From NCBI RefSeq assembly GCF_000737315.1, contig NZ_JMCB01000006.1:372001-436000 (forward strand): a stretch of DNA of 64,000 nt, written 5' to 3'. Under the pieces are notes generated by a model. That model saw only the letters and a list, made by a program, of their open reading frames with translations. It ran no database searches and was not told the origin of the DNA. The DNA comes from Hyalangium minutum. Its GTDB lineage: Bacteria > Myxococcota > Myxococcia > Myxococcales > Myxococcaceae. Each line of letters begins with the position of its first letter. Within the stretch, counting starts at the first letter, position 1. Positions 57,945-64,000 of this stretch are shown here, piece by piece. Made by a program: the position numbers and the translations under genes.

Positions 57945-59858
57945 CTACGGGAGGGGAATCACCTGATCCACCTGCGCGGAGCCCGTGTAGCGGGTAGGGC
58001 CGTTGAGGAAGCCCTTGAGCTGGACGCGATAGGTGCCCGCCGCTGGGCGGGGAATGGAGACGGACTCACCCGTGGAGGTGCCCGAGGCACTGCTCGCCAC
58101 GAGGTTGCCGTTGGGACCGTAGACGAAGAGGTCCAAGTCGTACGCCGGGTTGCCCCAGTTGGTCTGGATGCGCAGGGCGCTCATGCCCGAGGGCACCACC
58201 ACGTTCTGGTTGTGCTCGGCCGACAGCAGCGACACGCCCGCGATGGGAATGTTGAGCGAGGGGCTCACGGTGCCTGTCCAGCCCGGCAGTGCGCTGGTGG
58301 TGGTGGTGTAGCGCGTGCCCGCGGTGGAGGCGGCCACCCGGACGGCCGCGTAGGCATCCGCGTAGCCAGCGCCCACTTCCCACTGTGCGAGCTGCCGCGT
58401 GGTGCCGTCCGCGTTCCGGGCGTAGATGGGCTTGGCCGTGGAGGTGAGCGCCGCCAGCACGCTGTCCATGTTCATGGCCGGGTTCACCTCGAGCATGAGG
58501 GCCACCACGCCGCTCAGGTGAGGCGTGGCCATGGAGGTGCCGGAGAGCGCCGCGTAGAAGGGCTCGGGCGACAGGCCATCCAGGCCCAGGTACGGCGCGG
58601 CAACGGCGGGCAGCGCCGTGGTGGCGCGCGCCGCGACGATGTTCACACCCGGCAGGGTGATATCCGGGTGGTGGAGCGCGTCGCCGGGGACGCCGCGGCT
58701 GGAGAAGTCCACCAGCTCGCCCGGCGCGTCCTGGGACAGCAGCGGGTTGGTGGCGTTGCGCGTGTCGCGCGAGGTGCCCGCCGCCACGGAGATGACGCAC
58801 GGCGAGGCGCTGTACGGGTTGAGCGTGTCCTCGCCCGGCCCGTCGTTGCCCGCGGCGAAGTTGACGATCATCCCCATGTCATACGCGCGCTTGCTGGCGA
58901 TGCTCACCGGGTCGAACGGCGCGAAGTGGCTGCCGCTGGTGCCCCAGGAGTTGGAGATGACGCGGACGTTGTAGGCCTCCTTCACATCCGGATCCAGGAG
59001 GAAGTCGAAGCCCTCGATGGCGAAGAGGATGCTGATGGCATCGCCCGCGCCCACACCAATGAGGCTGGCACCCGGCGCCACGCCCTTGTGCAGACCGTTG
59101 GAGCGCGCGCCCGAGCCGCCCACCGTGCTGGCCACGTGGGTGCCATGGCCGCCGGCCAAGTCGGTGTTGGGCAGGTCCAAGTAGAGCGCGCCGCTGAAGC
59201 CGATGCCCAGCACGTTGCCCACTGCCTTCACGTTCTTCACCACATTGGGGAAGTCGCCGTGGGTGCCGTCAATGCCGGAGTCGATGATGCCCACACCCAC
59301 GCCATGGCCGGTGGTCTGGAAGGTGGTGCGCGCGGTGTCCGCGCCAATGTAGGCCACGCTCTTGTCGAGGAAGTAGTGCAGCGGCCGGTCCTCATAGATG
59401 GAGAGCAGGCCCACCGGCTGGAGCACCTGCTTCAGCGTGTTGAGGAGGGTGGGCGTCACGGGCAGCGAGACGGCCACCATGGGCAGCTGCTGGAGCGCCC
59501 CGAGGTTCTGCCCCAGCACCAGGCCCAGCGAGCCGGTGAGGGTGTTCAGCGCTGCGGGGATGGCGGCATCCTCATTGAAGGAGAGGATGAGGGTGCGCAC
59601 GGAGCCGTCGGCCTGGAGGCGCGGATCCACGACGGCCTGCGTCAGGGCGGCCAGGGCCTGGGGGCTCGAGTAGAGGGCGGTGCAGGCGCTCTCGGCGGAG
59701 ACGGGCGGGTTGACGATCTTCTTCTTCCCGGACGCGACCGCAGCGGTCTGCGTGGCACGGCTCGGCGCGTCAGAGGCTTCCGTCTCGGAAGAAGAGCCCG
59801 CGCCACAGCCCAGGAGGGTGGTGGCGAGAACCATGCCCAGTGACTTGAAGCCCTGCAT
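57945..59858 (-). CDS. Lipoprotein S8 (subtilisin-like) serine peptidase with C-terminal PPC-like domain
   Basis: AAGGGAG RBS, ATG 59858 and lipobox LLGC. Triad motifs IIDSGID, GHGTHVAST and GTSMATPH. Confidence 0.92.
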   Translation of the reverse strand: MQGFKSLGMVLATTLLGCGAGSSSETEASDAPSRATQTAAVASGKKKIVNPPVSAESACTALYSSPQALAALTQAVVDPRLQADGSVRTLILSFNEDAAIPAALNTLTGSLGLVLGQNLGALQQLPMVAVSLPVTPTLLNTLKQVLQPVGLLSIYEDRPLHYFLDKSVAYIGADTARTTFQTTGHGVGVGIIDSGIDGTHGDFPNVVKNVKAVGNVLGIGFSGALYLDLPNTDLAGGHGTHVASTVGGSGARSNGLHKGVAPGASLIGVGAGDAISILFAIEGFDFLLDPDVKEAYNVRVISNSWGTSGSHFAPFDPVSIASKRAYDMGMIVNFAAGNDGPGEDTLNPYSASPCVISVAAGTSRDTRNATNPLLSQDAPGELVDFSSRGVPGDALHHPDITLPGVNIVAARATTALPAVAAPYLGLDGLSPEPFYAALSGTSMATPHLSGVVALMLEVNPAMNMDSVLAALTSTAKPIYARNADGTTRQLAQWEVGAGYADAYAAVRVAASTAGTRYTTTTSALPGWTGTVSPSLNIPIAGVSLLSAEHNQNVVVPSGMSALRIQTNWGNPAYDLDLFVYGPNGNLVASSASGTSTGESVSIPRPAAGTYRVQLKGFLNGPTRYTGSAQVDQVIPLP

Positions 59859-60143
59859 GCGTGCTCCCTTCAACCACGACGCGCTCCGGGAGGGGAAGTC
59901 CCGGCTTTTTCGCGCCCACGTGAAGCTCTTGTCGCGAGCCGCGCCGGTTGGATCTCGCCCACGCACGATTTGTCCGGGAGCCAAGCCCCCCTGTTGCCTA
60001 CATGGGCCTCTCACCGGGCGGGCGTTGAGCGCTGAACGGAAGAGAGCGAGCAGCCAGTCTCACCGGCTCCGGGCGAGGTTGCCCCCCTGCCAGAGGAGGC
60101 ACATCGGTGCAGTGGGGGGCGGCAGCAGCGAGGGGGAGGCACG

Positions 60144-61229
60144 GTGGCGGCGAGCGACATGATGAACTGGCGGAAGTCTCAGGTGACACCCCGGACGGTG
60201 TTCACCGTGGGCTTCTCGGTGCTGGCGGTGGTGGTGCTGGCGGTGCTGGTGGTCAAGACACGGGTGGCGCTCACGCTCACGGGTATCGCCGTGTTGCTGG
60301 CGATGGCGCTCGAGCATGGGGTGTCCCGGCTGGAGCGAGCGGGGTTGCGGCGGTGGCAGGCCATCGCGGTGGTGCTCACGGCGCTGATCGTGCTGGTGAC
60401 GGCGCTGGGGCTGCTGGTCATCCCCGCCGCCTTCGCGCAGGGCGAGGCGCTGCTCAACCAGTTCCCCTCCTTGATGAAGCAGGTGCGCTCACTGCGCATC
60501 TTCCGGATGGTCAACTCGCACCTGTCCTCCCTGTCGCAGTTCTTCAGCCCGAGGGACGAGGCGGCCGCGCCGGCCGAGGCGATTGGGAAGATCGCGGTGC
60601 CGCCGCTGCTGCATGCCATTGGCGGGGTGGTGAGCCTGCTGGCTGGGTCCCTCACCGTCTTCTTCCTGGTGCTGTTCATGCTGGTGTTCGGCGGAGGGCT
60701 GCTGCAGCGAATACTGAAGCAGGCCCCCCTCGCGCACCGCGAGCGCTACGAGCGGGTGATGGGAAAGATCTACCACGCCACGGGCGGCTACCTCTCCGGG
60801 CTGACGCTCATCTGCACCATCAACGCCACGCTGACGACGACCATGCTGGCGCTGCTGGGCATGCCCTTCTTCCTGCCGCTGGGCATCGCGAGCGGCTTCT
60901 CCAGCATGGTGCCGTACATGGGCCCCATCGTCGCGGGCGCCTTCATCACCCTGCTCACGTGGGCCACGGGAGGCGGCATCAAGGCGCTGGCGGTGCTCGT
61001 GTACTTCATCATCTACGGACAGATCGAGGGCAACGTGCTGGCGCCGCTGGTGTTCCGCCGCACCGTCCACGTCAACCCGCTGCTCATCCTGCTGGCGGTG
61101 CTCTTCTGCGCGGAGCTTGCGGGCGTCGTCGGCGCGGTGGTGGCCGTGCCGGTGGTGGCCACGGTGCAGATCATCATTCGCGAGCTGCTCCTGCTGCGGC
61201 AAGAGCGCGCGCTGGCGCCTCCGGTATGA
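60144..61229 (+). CDS. AI-2E (UPF0118/PerM) family transporter
   Basis: Multi-TM protein with GGYLSG, MVPYMGP, QIEGNVLAPLV and GVVGAVVAVPVVA. Confidence 0.9.
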   Translation: MAASDMMNWRKSQVTPRTVFTVGFSVLAVVVLAVLVVKTRVALTLTGIAVLLAMALEHGVSRLERAGLRRWQAIAVVLTALIVLVTALGLLVIPAAFAQGEALLNQFPSLMKQVRSLRIFRMVNSHLSSLSQFFSPRDEAAAPAEAIGKIAVPPLLHAIGGVVSLLAGSLTVFFLVLFMLVFGGGLLQRILKQAPLAHRERYERVMGKIYHATGGYLSGLTLICTINATLTTTMLALLGMPFFLPLGIASGFSSMVPYMGPIVAGAFITLLTWATGGGIKALAVLVYFIIYGQIEGNVLAPLVFRRTVHVNPLLILLAVLFCAELAGVVGAVVAVPVVATVQIIIRELLLLRQERALAPPV

Positions 61230-61246
61230 GGCGGCGGAGCTGAAAG

Positions 61247-61858
61247 ATGGATCGTGGACTGCTGGGCTACCTGCTCTCGCACGGCTCCTACGCGCTGCTG
61301 TTCGGGGCGCTGGTGGCCGGAGGCGTCGGGGTCCCGCTCCCCGAGGACCTCGTGTTGCTCACGAGCGGGGCGCTGGCGCACCTGGGGGTGGTGAAGCTCC
61401 CGCTGGCCATCGGCGTGTGCTACTGCGGGGTGCTCACCGGAGATCTGCTGCTGTTCCACACGGCGCGGAAGCTGGGCCCCAAGGTCTTCGAGCAGCGGTG
61501 GCTCCGGGGGCTGATCACCGCCGAGCGGCGCCAGCACATCACCCGGCTCTACGAGCGGCATGGGGGCAAGGTCATCTTCATCGGGCGGCACATGTCCGTG
61601 CTGCGCGTGCTCGTCTTCGCGATGGCGGCGGTGCAGGGCGTGCGCACCCGGACGTTCCTCTTCTGGGATGCGCTGGCGCTGACCCTCAGCGCGCCGCTGC
61701 TGGTGGGGCTTGGTTACGTGTTCGCCCAGAGCATCGACCGGGTGGCGGCGGGCTTTGGGCGGGCGGAGCACCTGCTGGCCATCGCCGTGGGCGGCGGACT
61801 GGCGCTCCTCATCCTGAGCCGGACCGTGATGGTCCGGCGGCACAAGCGAAGGGCCTGA
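61247..61858 (+). CDS. DedA-family membrane protein
   Basis: GVPLPEDLVLL, GVLTGDLLLF and KVIFIGRHMSVLR. Confidence 0.9.
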   Translation: MDRGLLGYLLSHGSYALLFGALVAGGVGVPLPEDLVLLTSGALAHLGVVKLPLAIGVCYCGVLTGDLLLFHTARKLGPKVFEQRWLRGLITAERRQHITRLYERHGGKVIFIGRHMSVLRVLVFAMAAVQGVRTRTFLFWDALALTLSAPLLVGLGYVFAQSIDRVAAGFGRAEHLLAIAVGGGLALLILSRTVMVRRHKRRA

Positions 61859-61864
61859 GGCCTC

Positions 61865-62581
61865 TCAGGCGGCGGGCGGGCTCCAGTCTCCGAAGTAGCG
61901 CTGATGGAACCGCTCGAAGTAGCGGACCAGGGTGGGCTGCTGCTGCGCGAACCGGCGCAGCGGCGAGTCCACCGGGAACGAGAGGATGCTCGCGAGGAAC
62001 GCGTACACCGTCGCGTCGAACGAGGTGGGGTGCTCTCCCTGCAGGAATGGCTTGTCACCCAGCAGCACTGCCACGGCGGTGAGGTCCGCCTTGCCCATCT
62101 CCAGGACCTCCTCGGGCTGGTGACGCCCCATCCCCTGGGCCCGGCTCGCCTTGATCATACCCCGGCGGATCAGCGACGGAACGACCTTGCCGACGACAGG
62201 TGGGAACAAGGACTCGAAGATGGGCCGGTTGACCGTCCACCCATCCTCCGCGATCCAGCGGTCATGGATGATGTTCCAATAGGTGCTCTCCTCCAGCATG
62301 CGGCGCACGGCGTGGCCCGTGGCGGACTGCTCCGGGGTGAGCTTCGCGTCCAGCACGTCCCCGTGCTTGCGCTTGAGGTGCTCGATGATGTGCTGGGAGT
62401 CCCCCAGGAACTTCCCGTCCTCCTCGATGAAGGGGATCTTCCCTTTCGGGGCCTTCCCGAAGCCCCCCACGGCCACCGTGTAGGGAACCTTCGTCATCCG
62501 GAGGTAGCTCTCCAGCTTGAGGCAATACGGGCTGATGTTGGCGACGCCCCAGGCGGCCGGTCCTTGATACAGGGTGATCAT
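61865..62581 (-). CDS. Glutathione S-transferase-like protein (metaxin/FAX type)
   Basis: NISPYCLKLESYLRM, APKGKIPFIE, DSQHIIEHL and LGDKPFLQGEHPTSFDA. Confidence 0.88.
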   Translation of the reverse strand: MITLYQGPAAWGVANISPYCLKLESYLRMTKVPYTVAVGGFGKAPKGKIPFIEEDGKFLGDSQHIIEHLKRKHGDVLDAKLTPEQSATGHAVRRMLEESTYWNIIHDRWIAEDGWTVNRPIFESLFPPVVGKVVPSLIRRGMIKASRAQGMGRHQPEEVLEMGKADLTAVAVLLGDKPFLQGEHPTSFDATVYAFLASILSFPVDSPLRRFAQQQPTLVRYFERFHQRYFGDWSPPAA

Positions 62582-62597
62582 TGTTCTCCCTCGTGGG

Positions 62598-63929
62598 TCA
62601 GCTCCCAGCCACTTCACGCAGCGAGGCCTCCACGCCGTGGAGCAGCTCGTCCAAGGCCTCGTCCGGGATGTTGAGCGCGGGCGCGATGTAGACCGTATCC
62701 CCCAGTGGCCTCAAGTAGAGACCGCGGCGGCGTGCGGCCTCGTACACGCGCCAACCCCCATGGGACAGGTACCCGCCGCCGCCCAGGTCCACCGCACCCA
62801 CCATGCCCAGCGCCCGGGGCCGCACCAGGCCCGGCACCGTGGAGGCCATCCGCTCGAAGGCGGCCTTCACCCGGATCGACTTGCGCGCCACCTGCCCCAG
62901 CACGTCCTCGTCCCGGTACACCGCGAGCACCTCGCGCGCCACCGCGGACCCCAGCGGGTTCCCGCAGTACGAGTGCCCGTAGTACAGCGCCCGGTCCTTC
63001 GCACCGAGGAAGCCCGAGAACACCCGCTCCGTCGCCAGCGTCGCGCCGAAGGGCAAGAGCCCGCCGCTCAGCGCCTTGGCCAGGCACAGCAGGTCCGGTA
63101 CCACGTCCGCGAGGTCCACCGCGAAGCGCGCGCCCGTGCGCCCCAGGCCGGTGAACACCTCGTCCGCGATGAGGAACGTGTCCACCGCGCGCGTGGCCTC
63201 GCGCACCGCCTTCACGAAGGCCGGGGAGTAGAGCTGCATGCCCGCCGCGCCCTGGAGCACCGGCTCGAGGATGACGCCCGCCACCGTGTCGCCCTGCTCG
63301 CGCAGCGTCCGCTCCACCGCCGCGAACGCCCGCTCCCAGCCACCCTCCTCCGCTGGCGAGGGCACGTGCACCACGTCGAACAGCAGCGGCCCGAACACCT
63401 CGCGGAACAGCGGCACGCCGCCCACGCTCGTGGCGCCCACCGTCTCGCCGTGGAAGGCGCCGGAGAGCGTGATGAAGCGCGTGCGCTGGGGCCGGCCGTT
63501 CTGCGCCCAGTACTGCGCGGCCATCTTGATGGCCACCTCCACCGCCGTGCTCCCGTTGTCCGAGTAGAAGACGCGAGAGAGCCGCTGGTCCGTGGGCAGC
63601 CCGGCCCGCTCCGCTCCGGGCGCAATGGCCACGAGCTCCTCCGCCAGCCGGGCCGCCGGCTCGTGGGTGATGCCCGCGAGGGACACGTGGGCCAGCGCCG
63701 AGGCCTGCTCCACCAGTGCCTTCACCAGCCGTGGGTGCCGGTGTCCCAGGGTGGACACCCACCACGAGCCGTTCGCATCCAGGTAGCGGCGGCCGTCCGC
63801 GTCATAGAGGTAGGGGCCCTCGGCGCGGACCACCACCATCGGGTCGGTCTGGGCGATGTAGGTCTCCATCGCCGTGTACGGGTGCCAGACGTGCCGCTTG
63901 TCCAGGGTGACGATGTCCGCTCGCTTCAC
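62598..63929 (-). CDS. bioA: Adenosylmethionine-8-amino-7-oxononanoate aminotransferase
   Basis: HVWHPYT, DANGSWWV, YSDNGSTAVEVAIKMA, FHGET, IADEVFTGLGRTG, LCLAKALSGG and HSYCGNP. Confidence 0.94.
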   Translation of the reverse strand: MKRADIVTLDKRHVWHPYTAMETYIAQTDPMVVVRAEGPYLYDADGRRYLDANGSWWVSTLGHRHPRLVKALVEQASALAHVSLAGITHEPAARLAEELVAIAPGAERAGLPTDQRLSRVFYSDNGSTAVEVAIKMAAQYWAQNGRPQRTRFITLSGAFHGETVGATSVGGVPLFREVFGPLLFDVVHVPSPAEEGGWERAFAAVERTLREQGDTVAGVILEPVLQGAAGMQLYSPAFVKAVREATRAVDTFLIADEVFTGLGRTGARFAVDLADVVPDLLCLAKALSGGLLPFGATLATERVFSGFLGAKDRALYYGHSYCGNPLGSAVAREVLAVYRDEDVLGQVARKSIRVKAAFERMASTVPGLVRPRALGMVGAVDLGGGGYLSHGGWRVYEAARRRGLYLRPLGDTVYIAPALNIPDEALDELLHGVEASLREVAGS

Positions 63930-64000
63930 GTGTGCTCCGGAAATTCACCGAAAAATCGGCCGGGAAGATCCTTCGCGCGCCCCGTTAGGTCAACGAACCT

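Noticed and set aside
63930-64000. BirA operator upstream of bioA (GGTCAAC near the right edge)
   Set aside because: At most one imperfect half-site is visible, and the window ends before a second half could be checked.

Overview
High-GC myxobacterial chromosomal segment (Myxococcota, probably Archangiaceae/Myxococcaceae; inferred from Myxococcus-type Cys-rich repeats, SitA-like toxin loci, Hanks kinases and many lipoproteins). It holds about 55 protein-coding genes. I found no rRNA, tRNA, CRISPR array, transposase or integrase. Housekeeping genes include rpiA, tal, rtcB plus archease, bioA, xdhC with a Moco nucleotidyltransferase, a GH37 trehalase and several dehydrogenases and amidohydrolases. 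Best candidates for undescribed biology: (1) a Sec-exported dikinase with the domain order and His motif of plant glucan/phosphoglucan water dikinases (24543-26450); (2) a collagen-like lipoprotein with EF-hand-like modules, flanked by a phage tail-collar protein and its typical GNAT (53886-57366); (3) a Bacteroidota-type SusC/SusD pair next to a secreted M28 aminopeptidase rather than CAZymes (5579-12298); (4) an accessory patch with a minimal papain-like protein and an internally deleted SitA5-like toxin whose SUKH immunity gene is intact (12377-15097); (5) an archease-rtcB-tal-rpiA run; (6) a second HNH/SUKH pair whose toxin lacks a lipobox. All family assignments come from motifs read by eye; no database search was run. 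Many long ORFs in the track are antisense shadows of high-GC genes.
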